Below, in pieces: positions 22,909-32,492 of a DNA stretch of 64,000 bases. Source of the stretch: Candidatus Bathyarchaeota archaeon (lineage in GTDB: Archaea; Thermoproteota; Bathyarchaeia; TCS64). The notes under the pieces were generated by a model. That model made no database searches. It was not told the DNA's origin and saw only the letters and a list, made by a program, of their open reading frames with translations. A program made the translations under genes and the position numbers. The DNA lies in assembly GCA_963771885.1 (NCBI GenBank), contig CAVYVF010000007.1:32001-96000 (forward strand). The letters are read 5' to 3'. The number at the start of each line of letters is the position of its first letter. Position 1 is the stretch's first letter.

Positions 22909-24099
22909 CTACTTGAGGTAGGCAGCCATCAGCTTCATTATCTTGCCCGGAGACCGTGCGACGATCTTGGCTATCGTCTTCTTCGTGCTCTCCCCGTTGG
23001 CGAGGGAGAGTATCTCGTCGTTCGTGATGATGGTGGAGAGGGTGTTGAGGTCTTCGTCGCTGAATTTGTCTAGCATCTCGACGATCTTGCGACTGTCCTT
23101 GATCCTCTTGCCCCAGTACTTCTCGAACTTTGTGCGGTACTGGCCGAGCCTCTTCGCCGAGGTGTCCTCGCCGACGATGGCGTCGACCGCTTCTGCGCCT
23201 GCAATCTTTCCCGACTCGATGCCGCTGTGGATCCCCGCACCAGTCATGGGGATGAGTTCCCCCGCCGCGTCGCCCACTAGCATCAGGTTATCGTCAACAA
23301 TCTTGTCCAGTATCCCCGATACCGGGCAGACTCCGCCGTTCCGCCTCTGCACCTTCGCCCCCTTGAAGCGTGGGTCGGAGTCTAGGAATCTGCGCAGGTA
23401 GTTGATTGCGGGTTCCGTGTGTATGTTGCGGACGCCGAGGCCGACGTTCGCCTCCCCCTCGTTCTTTGGGAAGACCCAGGCGTATCCACCCGGCGCGTAC
23501 TTCATACCGATGTAGAACTCGTTCGTCGACGGCTCATCGAGGTGGAGACCGCCGAGCTGAAACTGGGCGCAGGTGACTACGTCTGAGTACCACCTGCCGA
23601 GTCCCGCTGAGCGGCGCACAATTGACCAGTAGCCGTCGGCGCCGATGGTGACCTTCGCCTTGACCTTGATCTGATCGCTGCCACTCTCCGCCATCACCCC
23701 GGCGACCTTACCGTTCTCCCTCCATACGCCTGTCGCTTTCGTCTCCGTCAGTAGCTCAACGCCCGCCTTGACCGCGAGGTCGCCGATCGCCTTGTCGAAG
23801 AAGTTCCTGTTAAGCGTGTAGCCGACCCAGTTCTCACTCGTCAGATCGATGTTGTTCCCGTTCGGAGCGAATACCCTGGCGCGCGTGATCTTCTGGGCGA
23901 CGAGGGGCGCCACGGGTTCGAGACCCGCGTCCTTGATACCGTTGAGGCTGAGCCCCTCTGCGCAGAATACCGGCGATCCGATAACTGGGTGTTCCTCGAG
24001 TAGGACGACGTGGGCGCCCTTTGCCGCCGCGGCTCTGGCGGCCGACGAACCGGCGGGCCCGCCGCCCACAACGACGATGTCACAGTCGATTTGCCGCAT
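22909..24099 (-). CDS. Geranylgeranyl reductase / digeranylgeranylglycerophospholipid reductase
   Basis: GGGPAG, PVFCAEG, GADG, PGGYAWVFP, VGDAAG. Confidence 0.9.
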   Translation of the reverse strand: MRQIDCDIVVVGGGPAGSSAARAAAAKGAHVVLLEEHPVIGSPVFCAEGLSLNGIKDAGLEPVAPLVAQKITRARVFAPNGNNIDLTSENWVGYTLNRNFFDKAIGDLAVKAGVELLTETKATGVWRENGKVAGVMAESGSDQIKVKAKVTIGADGYWSIVRRSAGLGRWYSDVVTCAQFQLGGLHLDEPSTNEFYIGMKYAPGGYAWVFPKNEGEANVGLGVRNIHTEPAINYLRRFLDSDPRFKGAKVQRRNGGVCPVSGILDKIVDDNLMLVGDAAGELIPMTGAGIHSGIESGKIAGAEAVDAIVGEDTSAKRLGQYRTKFEKYWGKRIKDSRKIVEMLDKFSDEDLNTLSTIITNDEILSLANGESTKKTIAKIVARSPGKIMKLMAAYLK

Positions 24100-24139
24100 G
24101 ACTAATCAAATAGTCGCCAGCGGCTTTCGTATATTAATC

Positions 24140-24358
24140 CTACCTATCCATGACCTTCTGGGCGGCGATCTCTATGTCCTTCGCCTTGACCGTCTTGCGG
24201 CCCGCGTGCTTGGCGTAGTCGAGTGCCTCCTTCGCCACCTTGACGCCGATCTCCTCGAGCGCTTTGCCCAGGGCGATGGCGCTCTCCTCGCTTACGCGGT
24301 CGGCCCCAGCCCTCTTTATCAGCTTGTGCATCGGAGCAACTTTAATCTCGTCCGTCAT
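24140..24358 (-). CDS. Archaeal histone (HMf-like)
   Basis: APMHKLIKRAGADRVSE...AKHAGRKTVKAKDI. Confidence 0.95.
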   Translation of the reverse strand: MTDEIKVAPMHKLIKRAGADRVSEESAIALGKALEEIGVKVAKEALDYAKHAGRKTVKAKDIEIAAQKVMDR

Positions 24359-24719
24359 CAGGAATCAACCCTGTCTATAAACACGATTCAGATAATATTT
24401 AATACTTATCCCCATTTCAGGTAACAGGACCCGATTTAGGGCTCCCATCGGTTCTAGCGTCTGATAAACGGCTGTAAGAACGGGTGTATCCATTCCTAGA
24501 GCCGTCTTGGATGACCGTTCAGATTAATCGACCCGCATCGAATAAGGTGGGATGCTTAAAGCCTTCCACACTAGATATGTCTCGTCGAAGCCCGCCCTGA
24601 TGATTCAGGTTGACCTTCGCCGGCGACATGACTCTTATGGAGGAGCCCGTGAGGTAAGGGTAAACGTTTAAATGAGTGCCGAAGCCTCATACAGCATCGG
24701 CAAAACCATAACCGGTGGT

Positions 24720-24956
24720 ATGCAAGTGGGTAAAGTCAGAACAGAGATGGTCAAACGCGTCGCGATAGAGCTCATCGAAAAGTACAACAAGAGCTTTAAC
24801 ACAGACTTCGATCACAACAAAAAGTTCCTCACAGAACTGAACATCGGCGTATCGAAGAAGATGAGGAACAAGGTAGCCGGCTACGCCACACGCGTCGTAA
24901 AGTCCGACTTGATGGCTGTAGAGGTCGAGGGCGAAGTAGAGCCCGACAGCATCTAG
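24720..24956 (+). CDS. rps17e: 30S ribosomal protein S17e
   Basis: GKVRTEMVKR..ELIEKY..DFDHNKK..SKKMRNKVAGY. Confidence 0.95.
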   Translation: MQVGKVRTEMVKRVAIELIEKYNKSFNTDFDHNKKFLTELNIGVSKKMRNKVAGYATRVVKSDLMAVEVEGEVEPDSI

Positions 24957-24960
24957 ACAC

Positions 24961-25539
24961 TTACTTTAGGTATCGGGCGACGTCGCTTTTCTTGAAGCCC
25001 GACTCGATCAGCTTCTTAATGACTTCTTGGCCGCTGGCGCCGTCGGCGCGTATCTTCCCCGCAACTTCTAAGATGCACTCCCTGAGTTCCCAAGGGTAGA
25101 CGATCCATTTGTCGACCTCAGCCGCGTAGTAGTCGGGTATGAACTTACTCCAGGGCTTTATGTGGAGTGTCGTTATCCTGACCTCAGCCGCATTCTTCTG
25201 CAATAGATGTTCTTTCCCTTTGGCGAGGCTGGAACCGGAGTCTGAGACGTCGTCCACAAGTAACGCCTTTCTACCGCGGAGGTCGGCGTTCACGGGCAGT
25301 ACGACGACGGGCTCTGGGCGTCTAATCATTCCATCGTACGCCTCGAGCTGGACGCTGGCGAGCCTTCTGACGCTAAGTTGGTCGCAGAGTATCCTGGCGG
25401 GGTCGAATCCACCGCGGCTCACAGCGACGACGATGTCGGGTACGTATCCGGATTCCGCGATCTTGGCCGCTAACTTCTCGGTTAGTTCCTGGACGTCATC
25501 CCATGACAAGTGCAGAAACTGTAGGTTTTCCATCCACAA
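24961..25539 (-). CDS. Purine phosphoribosyltransferase (Gpt/Hpt-like)
   Basis: VSRGG, LLVDDVSDSGSS PRPP loop, WIVYPWE. Confidence 0.9.
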   Translation of the reverse strand: MWMENLQFLHLSWDDVQELTEKLAAKIAESGYVPDIVVAVSRGGFDPARILCDQLSVRRLASVQLEAYDGMIRRPEPVVVLPVNADLRGRKALLVDDVSDSGSSLAKGKEHLLQKNAAEVRITTLHIKPWSKFIPDYYAAEVDKWIVYPWELRECILEVAGKIRADGASGQEVIKKLIESGFKKSDVARYLK

Positions 25540-25636
25540 GTCCCCGGATAATACAGAATTCTACCCAGTGAGTGGAATATAAGCGCGATGCGCCTCTGAG
25601 CCGGAGTTTATATCCGGCCTCAACGGAGTGTGAGAC

Positions 25637-26494
25637 ATGACAACGAGAAGCGGCCTCGCCGAATTGTGTACGGGTATCGTTGAGAGCTTCATAGCTTCGC
25701 CCAGTAACTCCTTCAACGACATCGGCGAGCCCGCGTGGGAGGCACCCATCGTGGGCTTCTCGAGCGGCGCTGACCCACTCTACGCGTTCTACAAGAAGGA
25801 TATTGGAGACTTCTATGTCCAGCCTATCGAGTTCTTCAGGGCAGCGCATCTCGGCGTTGAGGCTGAGTCCGGCGATTTGACCGTCATTAGCTGGGTCCTA
25901 CCCCAGACGAAGGCGACGAAGTACGATCAAAGGAAGGAGCAGCTCATGCCCTCTGAGCGGTGGGCGAGGGCGCGCATCATGGGGGAGGGCGTGAACATGA
26001 AGCTCAGGGCGCACCTCGTTGCTGAGCTTGGCAAGGCAGGCTACCCGGCGGTTGCGCCGATGGCGTCCCCGCTCTGGAAGCAGTACATGTCGGAGAAGTA
26101 CCTCTTCGCCTCGTCTTGGTCGGAGAGGCACGCTGCCTACGCTGCGGGGCTGGGAACCTTTGGTCTAAGCGACGGGCTCATTACGGCGAAGGGCAAGGCA
26201 CATAGAGTCGGCTCAGTAATCGCGAAGATCAACATCACGCCGACTCCCCGCCCCTACACCGATCACCATGCCTACTGTCTCTGGTACGCCAAGGGGACCT
26301 GCGGAGCCTGCATCAAGAAGTGCCCAGCGGGAGCAATCACGGCTAAGGGTCACGACAAGCAGAGGTGCAGCGACTACGTGGATACGACGCACGCCTTCGT
26401 CGAGGAGCACTACGGCTTCAAAGGCTACGGCTGCGGCTTCTGCCAGGTCGGCGTACCCTGCGAGAGCAGGATACCCGAGGGCATCGAGGTGTAG
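25637..26494 (+). CDS. QueG/reductive-dehalogenase-like [4Fe-4S] protein
   Basis: SERHAAYAAGLGTFG, CGACIKKCP, CGFCQVGVPC. Confidence 0.75.
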   Translation: MTTRSGLAELCTGIVESFIASPSNSFNDIGEPAWEAPIVGFSSGADPLYAFYKKDIGDFYVQPIEFFRAAHLGVEAESGDLTVISWVLPQTKATKYDQRKEQLMPSERWARARIMGEGVNMKLRAHLVAELGKAGYPAVAPMASPLWKQYMSEKYLFASSWSERHAAYAAGLGTFGLSDGLITAKGKAHRVGSVIAKINITPTPRPYTDHHAYCLWYAKGTCGACIKKCPAGAITAKGHDKQRCSDYVDTTHAFVEEHYGFKGYGCGFCQVGVPCESRIPEGIEV

Positions 26495-26547
26495 AAAGGG
26501 ATAAACAGGTCCCGGAGTAGATACCCTCTAACACCGGTGTAGCCAGT

Positions 26548-27102
26548 ATGGCGAGAGCATTATTCGTAGGGCGCTTCCAGCCCTTTCACTTCGGCCACCT
26601 ATACGCCATCGAGACGATACTCGGCGAGGTGGAGGAACTGATTATCGTCGTGGGAAGCGCGCAGATGAGCCACGAGCCCGACAACCCCTTCACGGCCGGG
26701 GAGCGCATCGAGATGATTAGGGCTGCGCTCAGCGACGCGAAGGTCGACCGGAACAAGTACATGCTCATTCCCATCGCCGACGCGCCGAGCCACAGGACCT
26801 GGGTCAGCTACGTCGAGTCGCAGACGCCGCGTTTCGACGTCGTCTACTCGAACCAGGCGCTCACGAGCAGGCTGCTTATCGAAGCTGGGTACAACGTCAA
26901 AGAGATACCCCTGCACAAGAGGAGCAAGTACGAGGCGACCGAGATAAGGCGCCGCATCCTCAAGGGGGAGGACTGGAGCGAGCTCGTCCCCACACCCGTC
27001 TACAGGATAGTTTGCGAGGTCGACGGCGAGAGCCGTATACGCGACCTCGGGAAGAGCGACGGCGCGACGAGGATCAGGAGCGAAGAAAACCACTCAGGTT
27101 AG
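26548..27102 (+). CDS. nadM: Nicotinamide-nucleotide adenylyltransferase
   Basis: GRFQPFHFGH, GSAQ, NPFTAGER, ATEIR. Confidence 0.92.
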   Translation: MARALFVGRFQPFHFGHLYAIETILGEVEELIIVVGSAQMSHEPDNPFTAGERIEMIRAALSDAKVDRNKYMLIPIADAPSHRTWVSYVESQTPRFDVVYSNQALTSRLLIEAGYNVKEIPLHKRSKYEATEIRRRILKGEDWSELVPTPVYRIVCEVDGESRIRDLGKSDGATRIRSEENHSG

Positions 27103-27106
27103 GCAC

Positions 27107-27769
27107 ATGTTCCTAAGGCTCGACGCTGACCTCGGCGCCAAGTTCCCGGGGCTCCACACTATAGTCACCCACATCCGTGACGTGAGGATAGCCCAACAGA
27201 ACCCCGATCTCGAAGTCTTCAAGAGGCAAGTGTTCACCGAGACGCAAAAAAAGTGGAATATCGACGACCTAAAGGATAATCAGGTCTTCCGATCTTATCG
27301 CGACTTCTTCTGGAAGGTCAAGGTCGACCCGACGAAGACGCGCCCCGCCTCCGAGGCACTCGTTAGGCGCATACTCCGCGGGAACCCGCTGCCGATGATC
27401 AACACGCTCGTTGACGCCTACAATCTTGCCTCGGTGACGACGACGATACCCTTCGGTGCGTTCGACGCTGACAAGATGCGCGGCATCTCCATTATGCGAG
27501 AGGCGAAGCCAGGGGAGGAGTTCCTAGGCATCGGCATGGATAAGCCCCTGCAGCTGAGCGGCGGCGAGGCAGTGATACAGGACGACGAGAGGCTGGTCGC
27601 CGTCTACCCCTATAGGGACGCTGACTACAGTAAGGTCACAACATCTACGCGTAACCTCATGCTCCTCACATGCGGCGTCCCCGGCATAGGGGTCGCGGAG
27701 CTTGAGAAGGCCGAGGCGGTCTGCGTTGAGTACATCACCCGGTTCTGCGGCGGAGTACCGTCGAGGTGA
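27107..27769 (+). CDS. B3/B4 (PheRS-beta editing-like) domain protein
   Basis: DPTKTRPASEALVRR, INTLVDAYN, FDAD. Confidence 0.85.
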   Translation: MFLRLDADLGAKFPGLHTIVTHIRDVRIAQQNPDLEVFKRQVFTETQKKWNIDDLKDNQVFRSYRDFFWKVKVDPTKTRPASEALVRRILRGNPLPMINTLVDAYNLASVTTTIPFGAFDADKMRGISIMREAKPGEEFLGIGMDKPLQLSGGEAVIQDDERLVAVYPYRDADYSKVTTSTRNLMLLTCGVPGIGVAELEKAEAVCVEYITRFCGGVPSR

Positions 27770-28842
27770 CGCCGGTGATCGAGGTAGACGGCTCGCTGAT
27801 GGAGGGCGGTGGACAGCTTCTCCGAATGGCAACAACCTACAGCGCCATATTGGGCGAGTCCGTCAGGATAGTAAAGATTCGCGCGAACAGGAACCAGCCT
27901 GGTCTCAAGCCTCAACACTTCCATACCCTGAAGGCGGTCGCTGAACTCTGCGGCGCTGATACGAAGGGTCTCGAGATCGGCAGCGATGAGATCGAGTTCC
28001 ACCCGGGGCCGATCAAGGGCGGCGTCTTCAGCTTCGACATTGGAACCGCGGGGAGCTGTAGCCTCCTTCTCCAGTGTGCCGCGCCTGTCGCTGCCTATGC
28101 GGACAGCCCAGTGAAGATAAGCGTCAAGGGCGGAACCGCCGTCCGCTGGTCTCCCCCGATGCCAATCGTGCAGAGCGTTGTCTGGGCCGGCTTGAGGAAG
28201 ATGGGCTTCTCAGGCGTCCTTCGGACCTTGAAGGATGGCTACTACCCGAAGGGCGGCGGCCTCGTTGAGGCAAATGTTCAGCCCATAGATGGTTTCAAGG
28301 CGATCGTCTGCGAGAAGCCCGATGTTCGAGGAGTCCGGGGAATTTCGACGTGCGGTGGCCTCCCACGCCACGTGGCGGAGAGACAGGCGGCGGCAGCCAA
28401 AGTCGTGCTTAGCGAGGAGGGCTACGAATCCAATATAGATGTCGCGACGCCTGGTAAGGCGTTAAACCCCCTCTCGCCTGGGAGTGTCATCTGCCTCTGG
28501 GTTGAGGGCGAGGCGCTGATAGGAGACGACGGCCTCGGGGAGCGCGGCAAGACCGCGGAGAGGGTCGGTACCGAGGCGGCGCAACGACTTGTTGGCCAGA
28601 TAAAGTCAGGGGCATACGTCGACATGCACACGGCGGACAACCTCGTCCTGCCCTGCTCACTCGCCGAGGGGGTATCAAGCTTCACCGTGTCCAGGCTCAC
28701 CCTCCACACTCTCACCGCCGTCGAGGTGGCGAAGAGCATCCTCGGGGTCAAGATCACGGTCGAGGGCTCCGAGGGGTCGCCTGGGAGGATCGTGATAGAG
28801 GGACGCGGTGTCAGAAATCACCGGTTCTCGGCAAAGCTATAG
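27766..28842 (+). CDS. rtcA: RNA 3'-terminal phosphate cyclase
   Basis: EGGGQLLR, IRANR..PGLKPQH, GYYPKGGG, VDMHTADNL. Confidence 0.95.
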   Translation: MTPVIEVDGSLMEGGGQLLRMATTYSAILGESVRIVKIRANRNQPGLKPQHFHTLKAVAELCGADTKGLEIGSDEIEFHPGPIKGGVFSFDIGTAGSCSLLLQCAAPVAAYADSPVKISVKGGTAVRWSPPMPIVQSVVWAGLRKMGFSGVLRTLKDGYYPKGGGLVEANVQPIDGFKAIVCEKPDVRGVRGISTCGGLPRHVAERQAAAAKVVLSEEGYESNIDVATPGKALNPLSPGSVICLWVEGEALIGDDGLGERGKTAERVGTEAAQRLVGQIKSGAYVDMHTADNLVLPCSLAEGVSSFTVSRLTLHTLTAVEVAKSILGVKITVEGSEGSPGRIVIEGRGVRNHRFSAKL

Positions 28843-28858
28843 CGCGGTGCAATAAGGG

Positions 28859-30163
28859 TTGATTGTTCTCCGATTCGAAAGGGGGGTGCTCGTGGTCGAG
28901 GGGGACGATAGAGGCACCTCTCGGAGGCGCGCAATAGATTACCACGCTATCGTCGCCGACCTCAAGGCGCGCGGCGTCGAGTATCGAGACGAGGCACTCA
29001 AAGCGCCCCCTACTCCACAGCTTCACTCACGCTTCGAGGCGAGGGACTACCAGTCCGAGGCTGTCGAGGGCTGGGTAAAAGCCGGGCGCAGGGGTATAGT
29101 CGTCCTCCCGACCGGCGCGGGGAAGACGATAATGGCTGTGAAGGCGATGGAGCGGCTCCAGGTCGCGACTCTCGTCGTTGTGCCGACAATCGTTCTCATG
29201 GAGCAGTGGCGGGGGGTACTCGCCGACGCCTTCGGCGTAGAGATAGGGGCACTCGGTGGCGGGTCGAGCGACATCAAGCCTATAACCGTCTCCACCTACG
29301 ACTCCGCCGCCATCAGGGCGCGCGAGCTCGGGGACCGCTTCGCACTCATAGTCTTCGACGAGGTGCATCACCTCCCCGCCCCAAGCAACACACGCATCGC
29401 ACTAGCCTACCTTGCCCCGTACCGCCTCGGACTTACCGCCACACTGGGCAGGGACGAGGCGGTTCTATCGGAGCTAGATGAGCTCGTCGGTCCCCTAGTC
29501 TACGAGAAGGCTGTAGACGAGCTCGCGGGCAGACATCTTAGCGACTACACCATCCACACGATCAATGTCCCGCTGACGCCAACCGAGAAGCTGGAGTATG
29601 AGCGGCAGTTCGCGGTCTACAAGGGCTTCCTCCAGAGGCGGGGGATCAAGATCAGGAGCGCTCGCGACTACCTGCTCTTCGTGAAGAGGAGTGGAGTCGA
29701 CCCGGAGGCGCGGCGGGCGCTTATGGGGAGGAACGCCGCGATGGATGTGGCGCTCAACAGCAAGAGCAAGGAAGAATATCTAAGGAACCTCCTCACGGCG
29801 AACCCCAACGAGAAGGCGCTCATATTCACACGACACAACAAGCTCGTCTATCGTATTAGCCGCAGCCTCCTCATCCCGGCGATAACCCACCAGACGGTGA
29901 AGGACGAGCGGGAGGAGATACTTGACAGGTTCCGCAGAGGCGTCTACAAGAGGATCATCACGAGCCAGGTCCTCGATGAGGGTGTCGACGTTCCCGACGC
30001 GTCCCTCGCCGTCATACTCAGCGGTACGGGAAGCAACCGCGAATTCATACAGCGACTCGGCAGGGTGCTCAGGAAGAAGGAGGGGAAGCAGGCTAACCTC
30101 TACGAGCTGGTGAGTTTCGGCACCGCGGAGACACGTCTGAGTAGGAGGAGGAAGGAGACTTGA
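28859..30163 (+). CDS. xpb: XPB-type SF2 DNA helicase
   Basis: RDYQ, LPTGAGKT, DEVHH, GLTAT, DEGVDVP, QRLGR. Confidence 0.9.
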   Translation: MIVLRFERGVLVVEGDDRGTSRRRAIDYHAIVADLKARGVEYRDEALKAPPTPQLHSRFEARDYQSEAVEGWVKAGRRGIVVLPTGAGKTIMAVKAMERLQVATLVVVPTIVLMEQWRGVLADAFGVEIGALGGGSSDIKPITVSTYDSAAIRARELGDRFALIVFDEVHHLPAPSNTRIALAYLAPYRLGLTATLGRDEAVLSELDELVGPLVYEKAVDELAGRHLSDYTIHTINVPLTPTEKLEYERQFAVYKGFLQRRGIKIRSARDYLLFVKRSGVDPEARRALMGRNAAMDVALNSKSKEEYLRNLLTANPNEKALIFTRHNKLVYRISRSLLIPAITHQTVKDEREEILDRFRRGVYKRIITSQVLDEGVDVPDASLAVILSGTGSNREFIQRLGRVLRKKEGKQANLYELVSFGTAETRLSRRRKET

Positions 30164-31308
30164 TTCTCCCCCACGAACTAATCAGGGTCAGGCGCACCAA
30201 GGCGGCTTTAACGCCCCTCTTCGCAGACCAGGAGAAGCTCAGCCTCGCCAAGACCCTTATCGCGGTCTACTCCGAGAACCGGGACAGGAGGCGGGGAGAC
30301 CTCATGGAGGGGCTCTCGAGCTGCGAGGAGCTTGGCTACGACTTCAAGCTTGTGCGCGGCCTCTCGGCGGTGCTCGACTCGCGGTGCATCTTCGGGACGC
30401 GTTCATTCGTGCCCCCGGTGAAGGCGAGGACGCTTCTCTTCGAGGAGGCGGCGAGACGCCCATCCATCTCGGAGAGAGACCGCGCCGAGATAATCGGTAA
30501 GGTCGCGGAAAAGCTCAACGTGCCGACTGGTGACCTCGACGAGAGCATGTACGCCGACCTGCTCGAGGAGCAGAACCTCATCGACTTCAAGGAGCCGACG
30601 CCGGACGAGCTTCTGGGGCTCTACAACTTCGCCCTCGCGGCGGTGGTCCTAGCCTATTCACTGAGAATAGTGATCGGCTATTCGGGACGTGGAGAACTCG
30701 TTGAGAAGGCTTCGTCGGCGCTCGGGGAGCCCGATGTGAAGGTCGGGGGGTTGAGCATCGAATTGAAGCCGGTGAAGCAGGTCGGCGTCCGCGGCACGAA
30801 GATGGAGGTTCTCCTCGCCCGCCTCATGGAGGCGAAGAACTGGAGCCTACACGCCGACGTAGCCTACCCGCCGCGCTACAGTGAGACGCGTCCCCTTGAG
30901 CTGAGCCAGAGGCTGAACGGCGGATTGATGAGGGCGGAGCCCGTCGAGGAGGAGGTTGTCATCGAGATCAAGGCGCCTATTAGGAAGAGTAGTCTCGGCG
31001 AAGTGATTGTGATTGACGACTTGACCCACAGGATGGGCATTACCGACAGGGAGCTTCTCAGGAAGGTTGAGGCGGAGAAGGTAAGGTACGTGAGGCTCCC
31101 CGGCGTACTCATCACACCCGAGAAGCTGGAGGAGCTAAAAAGTGGACTAGCGGAGATCGAGGGGGATGATCTCTCCGACTATAAGGCGTATCTGAAGGGG
31201 CGAGGGTGTAAGAACCCAACACCCGTCCTCGAGGCCCTCGGCTACGTTATCGAGATCGACCCCGAGACGCGTAAACCTTACGTGAGCAGGCTGCGCCGCG
31301 ACTCGTAA
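30160..31308 (+). CDS. Bax1/DUF790-like XPB partner, apparently lacking the nuclease domain
   Basis: Overlaps xpb stop; KLVRGL, YADL, YN(F)ALA N-terminal DUF790 motifs; no PDF/EIVGFWT nuclease motifs. Confidence 0.75.
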   Translation: MILPHELIRVRRTKAALTPLFADQEKLSLAKTLIAVYSENRDRRRGDLMEGLSSCEELGYDFKLVRGLSAVLDSRCIFGTRSFVPPVKARTLLFEEAARRPSISERDRAEIIGKVAEKLNVPTGDLDESMYADLLEEQNLIDFKEPTPDELLGLYNFALAAVVLAYSLRIVIGYSGRGELVEKASSALGEPDVKVGGLSIELKPVKQVGVRGTKMEVLLARLMEAKNWSLHADVAYPPRYSETRPLELSQRLNGGLMRAEPVEEEVVIEIKAPIRKSSLGEVIVIDDLTHRMGITDRELLRKVEAEKVRYVRLPGVLITPEKLEELKSGLAEIEGDDLSDYKAYLKGRGCKNPTPVLEALGYVIEIDPETRKPYVSRLRRDS

Positions 31309-31347
31309 CGCTTTTATACAATTACATATTTAATTCCATCGATTCAT

Positions 31348-31863
31348 ATGACCGATGGTAAGGAATCATGCGGATGCGGAACCGGCGAGACACCATGTGG
31401 ATGTATGGAGAAGAATGAGCATGGCGAGAAGAGGCTGCAACCGGTCAAGGCGCCGAGGATCTACCGCGAGCGCAGGCCAGTTAAGGGCGAGGCCGTCACG
31501 ATCATTGACGTGGAGTTCAGTAGCTCCGGAATCAACCTGACCGACGCCTGGAGCAGGGCCGTGCTTCGAGGCGACATCCACGAGATCATGATATGGAACC
31601 CATTGGGGGAGGAGGGCGTAGACGCGGCCGCAATAGCCTTCATCGAGGTCATGCAGGGTGGTAACATTGTCAACGGCGACGAGGTTAGGGTTGATGGCGA
31701 GCCGATAGGCAACCTCGCGGGCTTCGACTACAACCACATGCCCAACCACATGAACATAGTTGTGGAGACGAAGACGTCGAAGGTACCTCTCAAGCTGGGG
31801 AGCGTCTTCGAGTTCGCGCCGAACCCGATGCTATCCCTTCTTGGACAAGAGGACTGCTGTTAG
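31348..31863 (+). CDS. Conserved hypothetical protein (DUF6917-like)
   Basis: SRAV..DIHE, GFDYNHMPNHMNIV motif; Cys-rich termini. Confidence 0.6.
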   Translation: MTDGKESCGCGTGETPCGCMEKNEHGEKRLQPVKAPRIYRERRPVKGEAVTIIDVEFSSSGINLTDAWSRAVLRGDIHEIMIWNPLGEEGVDAAAIAFIEVMQGGNIVNGDEVRVDGEPIGNLAGFDYNHMPNHMNIVVETKTSKVPLKLGSVFEFAPNPMLSLLGQEDCC

Positions 31864-32406
31864 GCGAGTTTATTGAAGTCGATGTCGTCCGCCTTCATCA
31901 TCTTGGCGAATCTGCCGCCGAAGATGGAGTTGTGGTGGGCGATTATCTGCTGCGCATTGAGGATTGGTGTGTCATAGGTCGTGTGCGCGTCCTCGGCGAC
32001 AGTGACGTCGTACTCGAGGCTGTAGGCTCGGCGCACAGTGGTGTCGACGCACCAGTCGCTCTGGATGCCAGCTACTATTAGCTTGTTTATGCCCCTCTTA
32101 TCAAGTTCATCCTTCAGGCTTGTGTGGTAGAAAGCGTCGGGAGTCGGCTTGTTGACGACGAGCTCGCCGGGCATCGGCGCGATGGCGGGGTTGATAGGCC
32201 ACCCCTGCGTACCGGGCTCGAACGGTGACCCCTTCGGCGCCGTCGTGCTGGACGAATATTACAGGCACACACGCTTCTCTGGCTCGCGTAACGAGCCCCT
32301 TCATACGTGCTAGGTACTCCTCACCATTGTATGCTAGGCGCTTTAGCTCAGGTATGAAGAACGCCATCTGGACGTCGATAATCAGGAGAGCCGCCTTTCC
32401 GCCCAT
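31860..32406 (-). CDS. Isochorismatase-family cysteine hydrolase (frameshift near 32225)
   Basis: LLIIDVQ, KPTPDAF, GIQSDWCVDTT, DAHTT. Confidence 0.85.
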
Positions 32407-32492
32407 GTCCGCCTGTTATTCATCTGGGGATATAAGAGGCGCGGAGCGTCAAGTTAATATCGCTGGGAACGGAAGGGGTTCCGGAGTTCGGC

